A stretch of 64,000 nt of DNA, taken from contig JAQBHI010000158.1 of NCBI GenBank assembly GCA_032127875.1, forward strand, positions 4,626-68,625, in the 5' to 3' direction. How positions within the stretch are numbered: position 1 is the stretch's first letter; every line of letters begins with the position of its first letter. Both the position numbers and the translations under genes were made by a program. The notes beneath the pieces were generated by a model. The model was given only the letters and a program-made list of their open reading frames with translations, did no database searches and was not told the DNA's origin. Below, one piece after another: positions 1 to 10,977 of the stretch. This stretch comes from Acidobacteriota bacterium (GTDB lineage: Bacteria; Acidobacteriota; Vicinamibacteria; Fen-336).

Positions 1-475
1 TTTGCCCGTTCGCATCGTTGCCGACAAGCCGGGCCGAGATCAGGATTCGCTGGACGGCGTTGAAGGAGATGCGCTCCGGCACCCGGTAGATGACCTCCGC
101 GATGCCGTCGGCCCCGGTTCGCTCGGTGACCTCGGGTCCACGGTTGTTTGGCACACGGTCGCTGGTGGGTCCGAGCTGCCCGATCGCCGCGGGAGCTCCG
201 CTGGCGTCCGTGATCTGGAAGAAGACCTCATGACCCGAGAGGGGGCCACCGTCGGGTCCACGCAGCCGCGCCCGTACCGAAGCCGTGCTCACGGCGTTGG
301 CTGTGAGCACGTCGGGGCTGATGTTCAGCAGCAGCGACAAGGCCAGTGTCGCGGGCCCGGTCAGTTCGGGGACGCTGACCTTGCCCAGGCCACAGCCCGC
401 GTGGGCGAGCAGCAGGCTGAGCGCAGCCACCGCCACACTGCGCCCGCGCCGGGAGGCGACCTCATGTCTCGTCAT
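1..475 (-). CDS. Partial lipoprotein with a bacterial Ig-like (Big/invasin-type) domain. The N-terminus is in the window and the ORF runs off the left edge.
   Basis: Minus-strand ATG at 475 is followed by a signal peptide with a lipobox-like LAHAGC. Then comes a Big-like segment (TLALSLLLNISPDVLTANAVSTASVRARLRGPDGGP...). The overlapping + ORF 2..508 is judged antisense. Confidence 0.45.
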   Translation of the reverse strand, partial: MTRHEVASRRGRSVAVAALSLLLAHAGCGLGKVSVPELTGPATLALSLLLNISPDVLTANAVSTASVRARLRGPDGGPLSGHEVFFQITDASGAPAAIGQLGPTSDRVPNNRGPEVTERTGADGIAEVIYRVPERISFNAVQRILISARLVGNDANGQ

Positions 476-549
476 AATAGTACCCTCGAGATTCGAATCA
501 GTGCGTGACCGCGGACTCGTGTGGCTGCTCGTAACGCGCATGAGTGCCC

Positions 550-1134
550 CTACTGGTTCGGGCAGGCTGTGTTGGTATCGCCGAAATCGGCGAAGTCGAT
601 CTGGAGGCGCGCCGAGACCGGGTTCGTGACGTCACCCGTCGTGGTGCGCGCGTGCAGCGTGACCTCCGCGAACATCGTGACGATCAGCAGTCCGCCGCCG
701 CCCCTCAGATTGCTGAGCGGGGGTTCCAGCTTGGCCTGCCGGCGCACGACCTCCAGGTTGAGCGTCGCGGCGCTCTCCGTCTGGATTTCATGGGCCAGGT
801 TTCCGCTGATCGGGTAGGGCACGTCCAGGCCGGGCGTGTTCAGCCCGTCGGAACGGAAGTAGCGCACTTCGTATCGCTCCACCGTGAAGTCGTGCCGGAA
901 GCCGGTGTTGGTCACGTTGGGGTTCTTGAAGTGATTCTCCAGGCGCAGCGGGACCAGGTCCGGGCACACGGTGCCGTTGCTGGTCTGGACATCGGAATCC
1001 AGCGGCTCCCCGTTATTGATCCCCGTCATCAGCAGCACGACGTCCGTGGCGCCGTTCTTTGCCCAGGAGGGTGTGCAGCCGCTCAGCACCAAAGCGCCCA
1101 GTGCCACCACCCCACACAGCTTGACTGCCTTCAT
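550..1134 (-). CDS. Hypothetical lipoprotein downstream of pilQ.
   Basis: MKAVKLCGVVALGALVLSGC has a lipobox. GGAGGAAGG sits 5 nt upstream of the ATG at 1134. The track ORF 550..1194 is trimmed to this start. Confidence 0.55.
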   Translation of the reverse strand: MKAVKLCGVVALGALVLSGCTPSWAKNGATDVVLLMTGINNGEPLDSDVQTSNGTVCPDLVPLRLENHFKNPNVTNTGFRHDFTVERYEVRYFRSDGLNTPGLDVPYPISGNLAHEIQTESAATLNLEVVRRQAKLEPPLSNLRGGGGLLIVTMFAEVTLHARTTTGDVTNPVSARLQIDFADFGDTNTACPNQ

Positions 1135-1190
1135 AACCTTCCTCCGCGACTGGTTGAGCTGTGCATCGCGTCCTCTCATGAGCTCACCCC

Positions 1191-3572
1191 TCACTTGATG
1201 ATCCGGGGCGTGATGAACAGCAGCAGTTCGTTGTTGGAGGTCGTGACGAAGCGGTTGCGGAACAGATACCCGAGCAGCGGGATCTTCGAGAGGAACGGCG
1301 TCGATTGCTGAGCGGTCTGCTCGTTGCTCTGGTAGATACCGCCGATCACGGTCGTCGCGCCGTCCCGGACCAGCACGTTGGTCTTGGCGGCCTGCGTGTT
1401 GATCGGCGGGATGCCGTTGACCAGGTTGGCGAAGTCAGCCGTGTTGTTTTGCACGTCGATGTTGAGAATGACGGTATTCGCCTCCGTGATCTGGGGCGTC
1501 ACCTTGAGCGTCAGCGTCGCATTCTTGAACTGGACCGTAACCGTGTTGTTGGCGACGGTCTGGATCGGAATCTGGACGCCCTGCTCGATCGTGGCCTCCT
1601 GGTTGTTCTGAGTGGTGACCTTGGGTGTCGAGAGCAGGCGCCCGCGGCCCTGACGCTCGAGCGCCGTGAGCGCCGCGTCCAGGTTGAAGTTGCCCAGCAG
1701 GTTACCCAGCGACACTCCGATCGCTGAGTTGAAGCCCGTCGCCGGGAGGTTGATCGCGTAACCGCGGCTGGCCGTCCCGATGCCCGCGCTCGAGGCGACG
1801 CCTGCCTGGTTCGCAGGCAGGCCGCCGCCAGGGACACCCTGCCCGTTCAGGACGATCGAGTGCGGGAAACCCTGGGTGGTCGTGGTGGCGAACTGGGGCG
1901 TCTGCTGGTTCAGGAAGCCCCACTGGATGCCGAGATCGCGCGTGAAGTTCCGGTTCGTGACGACGATCCGCGCCTCGATCTCGACCTGGGGCGTGGCGCG
2001 ATCGAGGTCCGCAATGAGGTCCTTCGCCTTCTCGATGTTGGCGGCGAGGTCGGTGATGATCATCGTGTTGGTGCGGGTGTCGAGCGTGATGGTGCCGCGG
2101 GCGGAGAGCGCCACCTTGCGGATCGTCGGTTCCATTTCCGCTGCCTTCGCGTAGGAGAGCGGCTTCCGCCAGACGATCGTTTCGCCGGCCAGCGCCTGCT
2201 CTTCCTTGAGCTTGCGCAGATCGCTCTCTTCCTTCTGGAGGTCGGAGAGGCGTGCGATGCGGATTACGTTGCCGTCGATCGTCTTGCCGAGCCCGTTGGT
2301 CTTCAGGATCAGGTCGAGCGCCTGGTCCCAAGGCAACTCGACCAGTTTGAGCGTCACCTTGCCGCCGACGCCCGGGTTGACGACGACGTTCAGGCCGCTG
2401 ATGTCGGCGAAGAGTCGGAAGATGTCCTGGAGGTCGCCGTCCTTGAAGTCGAGGCTGATCGGATGGCCAGTGTAGACCTTCTCCGCGGGCCCGACGGTGC
2501 GGGCCTCGAAGATCTCTTTCGACGGCATCTGCGGCTCTGGCAGGGGCGGCAGCGCCAGTGCGGGGATGGCCTGGGTGGCGGCCGCCTTCACCGCTGCCAG
2601 CGGGGCGACGATGGCGGGGGCGGACGCGGGGGCCGGCTCGGAAAGGGCCTCGGCGCGCAGCGCGGCCAGCGGAGCCGGGCTGGGCGCGTGGCCCTCGCCG
2701 AACACGATCTTCAGGCCGTCGCGCCCCTCGACCACCCGGTAGGGCGCTCGCGAGGAGAGGTCCAGCACGAGCCGCGCCACCTTGGGCGAGGCCGCGCTGA
2801 ACTGGGCGATCCGCACCCTGCGAACGGGGCCCTGGGCCACGTCCATCTGCTTCAGGGGCACCCGGCTCGTCACGTCCTTGAAATCGACGACCAAGCGGTC
2901 CGGGTTGCCCAGGAAAAAGTCCTGATAGCGGAGCGCGCCGTCGGCCGTGACGGTAATCGCCAGATTGCCATCCTCGTGGCTCTGAGCTACGCCCAGGATG
3001 CGCGTGGCCGGGCGGGAGGCGGTCCGCACTGGCTCCGGTTGGCGAGTGGGCGCTTCGACCACCTCGGCCGACGCTGCCGGCTCGGCCGCTGGCAACGCCG
3101 CCGTCTCCACGACTGGCGCGCTCTCCACGAGCTGCGCGGGGAGCGGTGCCCCGACTGCAAGCTGCGCCGGTCGCTCGAAGACGAGATTCAGGCTCTTGTC
3201 CTTGGAGTAGATCTGATACGGGACCAGGCTGGCGAGCCTCACCTCTATGCGCGTGAGGCTGCGGCCGTCTGCGCGCGCCAGGGCGGTAACGCGCAACGAC
3301 TCGACCTCATGCGAACCCACGTTGATGCGGGACGGAACCTTCGAGGCATCCACCTCTGGGATATCCACCACCAGCGTGAGCGGGTCGGGGCTGTAGTAGG
3401 TGTAAGCCAGGGGTCCGCTCGACTCGATCGAGAGACGAGTCGACCGCTCGGTGGTCTCCTGGCGAATGTCGGAGATCATCGTTGCGGCGCGGTCCTGCGC
3501 TGACGCGGGCGTCCCGGTCGTGGCCAGGACGAAGGCCGTCGCCAGGATCGCCCAAGTGAGCTTGGCCCTCAT
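1191..3572 (-). CDS. pilQ: Type IV pilus secretin PilQ.
   Basis: 793 aa with a signal peptide, AMIN-like N-terminal repeats and a secretin C-terminal domain ending ...NNELLLFITPRIIK. It is the last gene of pilMNOPQ. Confidence 0.9.
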   Translation of the reverse strand: MRAKLTWAILATAFVLATTGTPASAQDRAATMISDIRQETTERSTRLSIESSGPLAYTYYSPDPLTLVVDIPEVDASKVPSRINVGSHEVESLRVTALARADGRSLTRIEVRLASLVPYQIYSKDKSLNLVFERPAQLAVGAPLPAQLVESAPVVETAALPAAEPAASAEVVEAPTRQPEPVRTASRPATRILGVAQSHEDGNLAITVTADGALRYQDFFLGNPDRLVVDFKDVTSRVPLKQMDVAQGPVRRVRIAQFSAASPKVARLVLDLSSRAPYRVVEGRDGLKIVFGEGHAPSPAPLAALRAEALSEPAPASAPAIVAPLAAVKAAATQAIPALALPPLPEPQMPSKEIFEARTVGPAEKVYTGHPISLDFKDGDLQDIFRLFADISGLNVVVNPGVGGKVTLKLVELPWDQALDLILKTNGLGKTIDGNVIRIARLSDLQKEESDLRKLKEEQALAGETIVWRKPLSYAKAAEMEPTIRKVALSARGTITLDTRTNTMIITDLAANIEKAKDLIADLDRATPQVEIEARIVVTNRNFTRDLGIQWGFLNQQTPQFATTTTQGFPHSIVLNGQGVPGGGLPANQAGVASSAGIGTASRGYAINLPATGFNSAIGVSLGNLLGNFNLDAALTALERQGRGRLLSTPKVTTQNNQEATIEQGVQIPIQTVANNTVTVQFKNATLTLKVTPQITEANTVILNIDVQNNTADFANLVNGIPPINTQAAKTNVLVRDGATTVIGGIYQSNEQTAQQSTPFLSKIPLLGYLFRNRFVTTSNNELLLFITPRIIK

Positions 3573-4111
3573 TGCCTAGCCTCCTCGGACTGGTACAGTG
3601 ACTGCTTGATCTCTCGGGTCCTCACCGGAGACAGGGGATCGGTGACCTCCTGCCGGAAGGTGACGTTCGCGGCGTCGATCGCGATGATCTCGCCGTCGAA
3701 CAGGCGCTGCCCAACGTTGACGAAGTAGGATTTTCCATCCGTGCCCAGGAACATCGCGATGTAGCCGGGCTTGTCGCCGGCGCCATAGCCCTGGCCGGTC
3801 TGCTTCACGACGCCCTTGAGCGCGATTTCCTGGATCAGGAACCCGGACATTCCGGGCGGCCTTTGCCCCGGCGTACCCTGAGGACCGACGGGCTTGAGCA
3901 GGCTCACGAACGGGTCGCGGCGTCCCTGGGGGTTGTAGGTGTAGCCACCGGGCGCGGGCTCGAGCTCCTGGTCCAGGATTCGCTTGATGGTGTCCGGTCC
4001 GGCATCGCCAGCGGCCCCGCTGGCTTGGAAGCCGGGCGGCGTTTGAGCCGTCAGGGGCCACGCGATGAGCGCGACCAGCGGCAGGGCGCGAAGCGTCATG
4101 GAGGGCCTCAT
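3569..4111 (-). CDS. pilP: Type IV pilus assembly protein PilP.
   Basis: It sits between pilO and pilQ. The start is set at MRPSMTLRALPLVALIAWPL, where its ATG overlaps the pilO TGA (TGATG). The upstream in-frame extension on the track would overlap pilO and is rejected. Confidence 0.6.
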   Translation of the reverse strand: MRPSMTLRALPLVALIAWPLTAQTPPGFQASGAAGDAGPDTIKRILDQELEPAPGGYTYNPQGRRDPFVSLLKPVGPQGTPGQRPPGMSGFLIQEIALKGVVKQTGQGYGAGDKPGYIAMFLGTDGKSYFVNVGQRLFDGEIIAIDAANVTFRQEVTDPLSPVRTREIKQSLYQSEEARQ

Positions 4112-4776
4112 CACTTCGCTCCCGCAGGCGCCGTGCTGGGCGCGGGCGGGGCCTCGACGTAGACGAAGGTCGTGGCCACGCAGGAGACGTTGATGGTGTT
4201 CGAAGGTCGCGGCGTCGACTGCGCCTTGACGTTCAGGTTGCCCACGTTTACCAGCCGGGACAGGCGTCCGACGCGATCGAAGAAGAGGCCGAGGTTGTGG
4301 TAGGTACCCTCGACGTCGACGTTGATCGGCCATTCCTGGTAGTACTCGTTGCTCGCAGGGGGCTGCTTCGCGGCGCCCGGCTTAGGGGGTGCTTGCCCTT
4401 CCAGCGGGAACTCCTTGCGGACGGTCGCGCCCGGCGTGAACCTGCGGATGATCAGGTTCGACTGGGCGGCCAGGTACTGAACCTTCTTCATCAACTCCGG
4501 GGTTTCCTTGTCCGCCGGCAGGATCCGCTTCAGCGTCTCGAGCTTGGCCTCGCGCAAGGCCACCTCTCGCTGGAATTCCTGCAGCTTGTTGGCGGTCACC
4601 TCGAGGCTGCGAATGTCGCTTTGCAAGGCGCCGAGCTGGTCGGTCCGCTGCTTCTCCTGGATATTCATGTCGTCCCAGAGGAAGTAATAGAAGCCGCCAA
4701 AGATCAAGACCGTCAGGGCTGCCGCCACGCCGAGTTGGCCTAGAATCGGGAGCTTGGTGTAGGGGTTGTCGGCCAT
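4111..4776 (-). CDS. pilO: Type IV pilus assembly protein PilO.
   Basis: N-terminal TM helix then coiled coil (MADNPYTKLPILGQLGVAAALTVLIFGG...). An SD (AAGGGAGAG) precedes the ATG. Position in the operon fits. Confidence 0.8.
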   Translation of the reverse strand: MADNPYTKLPILGQLGVAAALTVLIFGGFYYFLWDDMNIQEKQRTDQLGALQSDIRSLEVTANKLQEFQREVALREAKLETLKRILPADKETPELMKKVQYLAAQSNLIIRRFTPGATVRKEFPLEGQAPPKPGAAKQPPASNEYYQEWPINVDVEGTYHNLGLFFDRVGRLSRLVNVGNLNVKAQSTPRPSNTINVSCVATTFVYVEAPPAPSTAPAGAK

Positions 4777-4789
4777 CGCTCGCTCTCCC

Positions 4790-5383
4790 TTAAGGCTTCT
4801 GGGCGGCTGCGGCCGCTGGATTGGCCTCGGGCGCAGCGTTCTTGAATTCCGCCTGGAGACCGAAGCTGACGACCCCGGCGGGGTTCTGGGTGCTATTCGC
4901 GAGGTCGACCCTTGGGAACCAGCCGCTGCGCTGCAGGTTGCTGATGAGGTCGGCGACGGCGGTGAGGCCGTTGCTCTCGCCTCGGAAATTCAGCACGCTT
5001 CCCTGCTGGGTTAGGTCGGTGAGCCAGACGAAGTCGGGCAGCGCTTTCGAGATTTCGTCGAGCATGTGAACGGGCCCGGACTGCTGGGCCTTCAACTGCT
5101 CGATGAGTTTCACCTTGGCGTCGAGGATCCGCTTCTTCAGCAGGAACTGGTCCACCTGGAGCTTGATCGCCTGCAACTCGGCCTGGCGCTTCTTGCCCGC
5201 CGCGATCTTCTCGTCAAGTTCCTCGATCGAGGCGCTCTTCAGCCACCAGGCGCCGGCACACGCCAAGAGTGCGCCGCCCGCGAAGAGCGCCAGGATCAGA
5301 TAAGCCTGGAACGCGCCCGGCGCTACCCGCGGCCCCTTCTTCACAGTCGGGCGGTCGGCCGCCAGGAGGTTTATGCGGATCAT
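4790..5383 (-). CDS. pilN: Type IV pilus assembly protein PilN.
   Basis: MIRINLL N-terminus, a single TM helix, and a 4-nt overlap with the pilM stop. Confidence 0.8.
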   Translation of the reverse strand: MIRINLLAADRPTVKKGPRVAPGAFQAYLILALFAGGALLACAGAWWLKSASIEELDEKIAAGKKRQAELQAIKLQVDQFLLKKRILDAKVKLIEQLKAQQSGPVHMLDEISKALPDFVWLTDLTQQGSVLNFRGESNGLTAVADLISNLQRSGWFPRVDLANSTQNPAGVVSFGLQAEFKNAAPEANPAAAAAQKP

Positions 5384-6447
5384 CGGTCGCCCATCCTTCT
5401 CACGGCCAGGCCGACGGCGATGGCCGCCGAGGACCCGAACTCACTGATGAAGTCGGGGTCGAAGTCCCGTGGGTTGTAGGTGACGTTGTTGAAGGGGTTC
5501 ATGATCTCCACCCCAGCATCGAAGCGCTCGCCGATGAGATCCTTCAGGCCCTGCACCTTCGAGGTGCCGCCCGAAAGGAAGATCCGGTCGATGCGGTCTT
5601 CGGAGCTCGTGGCCTTGAAGAAGTCGAAGGTCTTCTGGATCTCGAGTGCGATGTTCTCGGAGACGGCCTGCAGGATAGGCTGCAGGTTCTCGACGGCCGC
5701 GCCCTCGACCCGGCCCCCTCGCTTCAGGCTCTCGGCCTGGTCGAAGGAGAGGTTCAGGTCCTTCTGGATCGCGTCGGTGTATTGGTTGCCCCCGACGGCG
5801 ATGTCGCGGTTGAAGATCGAGGTGCCGCCCTTGACGATGTTGATGTTCATGATGGACGCGCCCACGTTGAGCAGCGCAAGCACCCGGCCCGGATCGGAGC
5901 CGTAGTTGACCTCGTAGCAGTTCTGCAAGGCAAACACGTCGACGTCCACGATCTGGGGCGACTTGCCCGCCTGCGTGATCACGGAGGTGTAGTCGCTGAT
6001 CTTGTCCTTCTTGACCGCGACCAGCAGCACGTCCATGTTCCCGCCCGCTCCGCCGCCGTCGATGACCTCGTAGTCGATCGAGACGTCCTGGATGTCGAAC
6101 GGGATGTACTGCTCGGCCTCCCAGTGAATCGATTCCGAGAGTTCCTCGGTGCTCATCTGGGGCAGGCTGATTTTCTTGACGATCACCGCGTTGCCCGAAA
6201 CGCCGGTGCAGACGTCGGGCGTCTTGATCTTCTGCGCCGCGAAGAGCCGCTGGATCCCATCGATGACCGCGCCTGAGTCCATGATGGCGCCGTCCACGAT
6301 GGCTTCCGGCGGAAGCGGCTCGATGCCGATGTTCGTCAACTGGTACTCGGCACCGCCCTTGCCGCCGGCCTTGAGTTCCACGACCTTGATGGCCGAAGAT
6401 CCGATGTCGAGGCCGACCAGACCCTTTTTCTTGCCGAACAAGCCCAC
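5380..6447 (-). CDS. pilM: Type IV pilus assembly ATPase-like protein PilM (actin fold).
   Basis: LFGKKKGLVGLDIGSSAIKVVELK is the canonical PilM N-terminus. The likely start is the GTG at 6447, preceded by GGGAGAGG. The track ORF extends to an ATG at 6543. Confidence 0.85.
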   Translation of the reverse strand: MGLFGKKKGLVGLDIGSSAIKVVELKAGGKGGAEYQLTNIGIEPLPPEAIVDGAIMDSGAVIDGIQRLFAAQKIKTPDVCTGVSGNAVIVKKISLPQMSTEELSESIHWEAEQYIPFDIQDVSIDYEVIDGGGAGGNMDVLLVAVKKDKISDYTSVITQAGKSPQIVDVDVFALQNCYEVNYGSDPGRVLALLNVGASIMNINIVKGGTSIFNRDIAVGGNQYTDAIQKDLNLSFDQAESLKRGGRVEGAAVENLQPILQAVSENIALEIQKTFDFFKATSSEDRIDRIFLSGGTSKVQGLKDLIGERFDAGVEIMNPFNNVTYNPRDFDPDFISEFGSSAAIAVGLAVRRMGDR

Positions 6448-6573
6448 GGGCGCCTCTCCCGGTTTACAAACGGCCCTTGTTCCGACCGCTCCGTCTGCCC
6501 TCTCGCCGCGACCCCCGAATTTCGGAACCGTGGCGAGACCCATACTTACGAAACAGAGTTAAAGTGCTACGTG

Positions 6574-6602
6574 AAGCTAGCAAAGGCGGAGATTGATGTC
6601 AA
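6574..6602 (-). promoter_or_regulatory. Candidate sigma70-type promoter for the pil operon.
   Basis: On the minus strand there is TTGACA, a 17-nt spacer, then TAGCTT, in the lower-GC 6544-6690 gap upstream of pilM. Confidence 0.25.
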
Positions 6603-6689
6603 GAGGAAAATTAGGGGCTTGCGACTAAGTGAGCGTCAACACAGGAGTCCCCTACTTATGGTGCCGTCCGAAAACGCGCACCACATTCC

Positions 6690-7658
6690 CTAGAACCGGA
6701 TCTTGACCCCCGGATCGTCCTTCGCGTGGATCGTGTCGACGAAGCGGACCTGGTGGGGCACGGTCATCATCAAGAGGCTGTGGGTCCGAATCCCGTCGCC
6801 GAAGAAACGCACGCCCTTCAGCAGCGTTCCATCGGTCACTCCGGCCGCGGCGAAGATCACGTTCTTGCCGGGTGCCAGTTCCTCGGTCTGGTACACCTTG
6901 TTGAGGTCGACGATGCCCATCTTCTTGAGCCGATCGGCGTCGGACGGCTTGGTGAGCACCAGCTTCGCCTGGATCTCGCCGTTGAGGCAGCGCATGGCCG
7001 CCGCCGTGAGCACGCCCTCGGGCGCGCCGCCGGTTCCCATCACGGCGTGGACGCCGGTGCCGACGACCGAAGCTGTGATGCCGGCCGAGAGGTCGCCGTC
7101 GCCGATCAGGCGGATGCGCGCACCGCACTTGCGGATCTCGGCGATCAGCCTCTCATGGCGCGGACGATCCAGGACGATCACCACCAGGTCGTGGACGTCG
7201 CGACCGAGGGCCTTCGCGATGGCCTTCAGGTTGTCCTCCACGGGCGCGTTGATGTCGACCTGCCCTTTCGACGAGGGACCGACGACCAGCTTGTCCATGT
7301 AGATGTCCGGGGCGTGAAGCAGGCCGCCTTTTTCCGACGCCGCGAGCACCGCGATGGCATTGGCCGCGCCGGTGGCGCACAGGTTCGTGCCCTCGAGCGG
7401 GTCGACGGCGATATCCACGGGCACGCTGCCCGCCTTGCCGACTTTCTCGCCGATGAACAGCATCGGCGCCTCGTCTCGCTCGCCTTCGCCGATGACGATG
7501 GTGCCGTCGATGTCGACGGTCTCCATTTCCTTGCGCATCGACTCGACGGCCACCTGGTCCGAGTACTTGCGGTCTCCCTGGCCCATGGTGCGGGCGGCGG
7601 CGATGGCCGCCTGTTCCACCACCCTCACGAACTCCATCGACAGGTCGTCACGATGCAT
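6690..7658 (-). CDS. glpX: Fructose-1,6-bisphosphatase class II.
   Basis: Conserved GlpX blocks are present: [35 protein letters not shown] and [10 protein letters not shown]. Confidence 0.9.
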   Translation of the reverse strand: MHRDDLSMEFVRVVEQAAIAAARTMGQGDRKYSDQVAVESMRKEMETVDIDGTIVIGEGERDEAPMLFIGEKVGKAGSVPVDIAVDPLEGTNLCATGAANAIAVLAASEKGGLLHAPDIYMDKLVVGPSSKGQVDINAPVEDNLKAIAKALGRDVHDLVVIVLDRPRHERLIAEIRKCGARIRLIGDGDLSAGITASVVGTGVHAVMGTGGAPEGVLTAAAMRCLNGEIQAKLVLTKPSDADRLKKMGIVDLNKVYQTEELAPGKNVIFAAAGVTDGTLLKGVRFFGDGIRTHSLLMMTVPHQVRFVDTIHAKDDPGVKIRF

Positions 7659-7690
7659 CGAGCGGCTCCTCCAGGTTTGTCAGGAAATTC

Positions 7691-8893
7691 CTAGCGGCGA
7701 TATGCGGGAAGCTCCACGCGCCTGGGCCTGTCCTGCCGGAAGCCCAGGGCGTAGTCGGCCTGCATCAGCTTGTGGATCTCCCGGGTGCCCTCGTAGATGA
7801 CGGCGGCCTTGGCGTTGCGAAAGAAACGGCCGGCCGGATACTCGTCGGAGTAGCCGTTGCCGCCGTGGATCTGGACGCAGTCCGACGCCGCGCGCTCGCT
7901 CTTCACGGTGGCAAACCACTTGGCGAGCGAGGTCTCGCGGGTGTTGCGCTTGCCTATGTTCTTGAGCCAGCCGGCGCGCAGCCACAGCAGGCGCGCCGCG
8001 TCGTAGTCGGAGACCATCTCGGCGATCATCTCCTTGACCAGCTGGTGTTCGCCGATCGCGACCCCGAAGGTCTTGCGCTGCTTCGCGTAGGCGACCGAGG
8101 CGTCGAGGCAGGCGCGGATCAAGCCGGTGGCGCCGGCGGCGACCGTGTAGCGGCCGCTCTCCAGGGCGAACATGGCGATGCGGAAACCCTCGCCCTCCTT
8201 GCCTAGCAGGTTCTCGGCTGGAACTTCGAGATCAGCCATGTGGAAGCCCCCCGTGTTGCCGGCGAGGATCCCCCATTTCTCTTTCATCGGGTAGGAACTA
8301 AAGCCCTTGAAGGCGCGCTCCACGATGAAGGCGCTGAGCCCGCTGTGGTCGCGCTTCTTCTTCTTCTCCTGGTCGGTCCAGGCGACCACGAGGAAATTGT
8401 CAGCGACGTCGGCAAGGCTGATCCAGGTCTTTTCCCCGTTCAGCACGTAGCGGTCGCCCTTCTTCAAAGCACTCGTCTGGATCCCGACGGCGTCGGAGCC
8501 GGCGTTTGGCTCGGTCAGGCCGTAGCTCGCGATCTTCTCGCCCCTTGCCTGCGGAGCCAGGTACTTCCGCTTCTGCTCCTCGGAGCCCCAGCACCATAGG
8601 CTCATGCAGTTGAGGCCTACGTGCACCGACATGATCACGCGCAGGTGGGTGTCGACGTACTCGAGCTCCTCGGAGACGAGCCCCAAGCTCAGGTAGTCCA
8701 TGCCCGCCCCGCCGTATTCCTCGGGAATGCAGATCCCGAGCAGCTGCAACTCGGCCATCCCCTTGAGGAATCCGCGCTCGAAGCGATGGGCGCGGTCGAG
8801 CTCGTGGATCTTCGGGGCCACTTCCTTCGCGGCCCAGTCGCGCACCATCTTTTCGACGGCGAGGTGCTCTTCCGACAACTCGAAATCGATCAC
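7691..8893 (-). CDS. Acyl-CoA dehydrogenase.
   Basis: 400 aa. ACAD motifs include [10 protein letters not shown], a YxxxGxK-like region, the FAD-binding middle domain and the C-terminal IYEGT. Confidence 0.9.
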   Translation of the reverse strand: MIDFELSEEHLAVEKMVRDWAAKEVAPKIHELDRAHRFERGFLKGMAELQLLGICIPEEYGGAGMDYLSLGLVSEELEYVDTHLRVIMSVHVGLNCMSLWCWGSEEQKRKYLAPQARGEKIASYGLTEPNAGSDAVGIQTSALKKGDRYVLNGEKTWISLADVADNFLVVAWTDQEKKKKRDHSGLSAFIVERAFKGFSSYPMKEKWGILAGNTGGFHMADLEVPAENLLGKEGEGFRIAMFALESGRYTVAAGATGLIRACLDASVAYAKQRKTFGVAIGEHQLVKEMIAEMVSDYDAARLLWLRAGWLKNIGKRNTRETSLAKWFATVKSERAASDCVQIHGGNGYSDEYPAGRFFRNAKAAVIYEGTREIHKLMQADYALGFRQDRPRRVELPAYRR

Positions 8894-8906
8894 TGCAACG
8901 GTCCTT

Positions 8907-9731
8907 TCAACGGTCCTTCCAGTTGGGCTTGCGCTGCTCCATGATGGCCCGGAGCCCCTCCTCAGCGTCCTCGGTGGCCATCAGCTGGTTCAGATACACG
9001 TCCTCGGCGTGGCGCAGGGCCTCCGGGAAGGGCAGATCGACGCCACCCGCGATGCCCTTGCGCGTGTACTGCATCACCGGGGCGCTCGACTCGGCGAAGC
9101 GCTGGATCAGCGCGGCCGCCTCGGCATCGAGCTTGTCGTCGGGAACCGCCCGCGAGATGAGGCCGATGCGCTCGGCGTCGGTGGCGCTCAACACCTGCCC
9201 ACCGAGCAAGAGGTCATAGGTCTTGCGGCGGCCGACGAGGTGCGGCAAGAGCGCCGCGGCCACCGTATTGAAGACCCCGGCACGGATTTCCGGATGCCCG
9301 AACTTGGCATTCTGTGCGCCCGCCAGGACGATGTCGCAAGCCGCAGCCAGGATGCTGCCCGCGCCGGTGGCCGGGCCGGCGACCACGGCCAGGGTTGGCT
9401 TGTCCACCTTGGCCAGACTCTCGATGATGCGACGCAATCCCTCGAGCATCAGATAGGCCCGATCGCCCAGGTGATCGCCGATCTCGAAACCGGCGGAGAA
9501 GTACTTCCCGGCCGCCGTCAGCACCACCAGCTTCACGTCGCGTTCGTACTCGAGGGATTCCAGGACCGAGTTCAGGTCCTCCATCAGCTCCATCGACAAG
9601 ACGTTCGCGGGCGGCCGGTTCAGGGTGATCCGGGCCACGCCCCCCACCGTCGCGAACTGGACGAACTGATAGGTGCGCGCGCTGGTGGGGTAGCTGTCGG
9701 CGTCGTGCGGGTCGTCTTCGAAGTCGGCCAT
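8907..9731 (-). CDS. Enoyl-CoA hydratase/isomerase (crotonase family).
   Basis: Start at [10 protein letters not shown]. Crotonase blocks are present ([35 protein letters not shown]). The upstream in-frame extension on the track is rejected. Confidence 0.85.
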   Translation of the reverse strand: MADFEDDPHDADSYPTSARTYQFVQFATVGGVARITLNRPPANVLSMELMEDLNSVLESLEYERDVKLVVLTAAGKYFSAGFEIGDHLGDRAYLMLEGLRRIIESLAKVDKPTLAVVAGPATGAGSILAAACDIVLAGAQNAKFGHPEIRAGVFNTVAAALLPHLVGRRKTYDLLLGGQVLSATDAERIGLISRAVPDDKLDAEAAALIQRFAESSAPVMQYTRKGIAGGVDLPFPEALRHAEDVYLNQLMATEDAEEGLRAIMEQRKPNWKDR

Positions 9732-9741
9732 CGTCAGTTCC

Positions 9742-10926
9742 TCATGCGATCCGTTCGAAAGCGGCCGCCAGGCCCATGCCGCCACTAATGCACAGCGTGG
9801 CGAGGCCGCGCCTGGCGCCCCGGCGAGCCATCTCGTGGAGCAGCGTGGTCGAGATCCGGGCGCCGGTGGCCCCGATCGGATGGCCGATCGCGATCGCGCC
9901 ACCGTTGACGTTTAGCCTCTCCGGCGCGAAACCCAGCTCGCGGTCGCAGGCGATCACCTGGGCCGCGAAGGCCTCGTTGGCCTCGACAAGGTCGAAGTCC
10001 TCGAGGCACAGCGAGAGGCGGGAGAGCAGCTTGCGGGTGGCCGGAACGACGCCGATGCCCATGACGTGGGGATCCACACCGGCGGCGGCCACGCCCAGAA
10101 GCCGCGCCATGGGCCTCACGCCCAGCGCCGTCGCCTTCTCCTTCGCGATCACGACCATCGCGGCAGCGCCATCGGTAATGCCCGAGGAGTTGCCGGCGGT
10201 CACCGTGCCGGTCTCTTCCTTGAACACCGGCGGCAGCTGCGCGAGGCTTGCCAGGGTGCTGCCGGCGCGAAAGTGCTCGTCCTGGCGGAACTCTGTGTCG
10301 CCCTTCTTGCCCGGGACCTTGACGGCGAAGGTCTCCGCGTCGAAGCGGCCGGCCTTCCAGGCGGATGCGGCGCGCTCCTGGCTGCGCATCGCGAACTCGT
10401 CCTGCTCCTGTCGGCCAATGCCGTGGATCTGGGCGAGTCGCTCGGCGGTCTCGCCCATCAGCATCTCGGCCAGCGGGCACTGGAAGCCGTCTTGATACAT
10501 CGCGTCCACGGCCGGCTGGTGTCCCATGCGGTAGCCCCAGCGGGCGCCTGTGAGCAGGTAGGGCACCCGGCTCATCGACTCGGTGCCACCGGCCACCACG
10601 ACGTCGGCATCGCCGTCGCGGACCGCTCGGAAGGCAAGCTCGATCGCCTTGAGGCCGCTGCCGCAGGCCATGTTGATCGTGAAGGCGGTGACCTCCTGGG
10701 GAATCCCGGCTCGGTAGGAGACCTGGCGCGCCACGTTGGGTCCGCCACCTGCTTGACGCGCGCAGCCGAACACCGTTTCGTCCACCTGGTCCGGGCGCAC
10801 TCCGGCGCGTCGCAGTGTTTCGCCGACGGCGGCGGCGCCCAACTCGGCCGCGGTGAGGCCGGACAAGGACCCGCCGAACTTGCCGATGGGCGTGCGAACA
10901 GCCCCGGCGACGACAACCTCCCTCAT
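9742..10926 (-). CDS. Acetyl-CoA C-acetyltransferase (thiolase).
   Basis: [15 protein letters not shown], an [10 protein letters not shown]-type active-site Cys region and a C-terminal GGMG. Confidence 0.9.
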   Translation of the reverse strand: MREVVVAGAVRTPIGKFGGSLSGLTAAELGAAAVGETLRRAGVRPDQVDETVFGCARQAGGGPNVARQVSYRAGIPQEVTAFTINMACGSGLKAIELAFRAVRDGDADVVVAGGTESMSRVPYLLTGARWGYRMGHQPAVDAMYQDGFQCPLAEMLMGETAERLAQIHGIGRQEQDEFAMRSQERAASAWKAGRFDAETFAVKVPGKKGDTEFRQDEHFRAGSTLASLAQLPPVFKEETGTVTAGNSSGITDGAAAMVVIAKEKATALGVRPMARLLGVAAAGVDPHVMGIGVVPATRKLLSRLSLCLEDFDLVEANEAFAAQVIACDRELGFAPERLNVNGGAIAIGHPIGATGARISTTLLHEMARRGARRGLATLCISGGMGLAAAFERIA

Positions 10927-10977
10927 GCAGGATGCCTCAGCGTACCTATGACTTAGAGGCCGAATGATAACACATCG

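Noticed and set aside
470-500. GAGATTCGAATCAG, a T-loop-like string.
   Set aside because: No flanking acceptor, D-arm or anticodon-arm pairing could be built around it.
2-508. 168-aa plus-strand ORF at the window start.
   Set aside because: The opposite strand carries a start with a lipobox signal peptide and a Big-like domain. The + frame is Arg/Asp-rich with no features.
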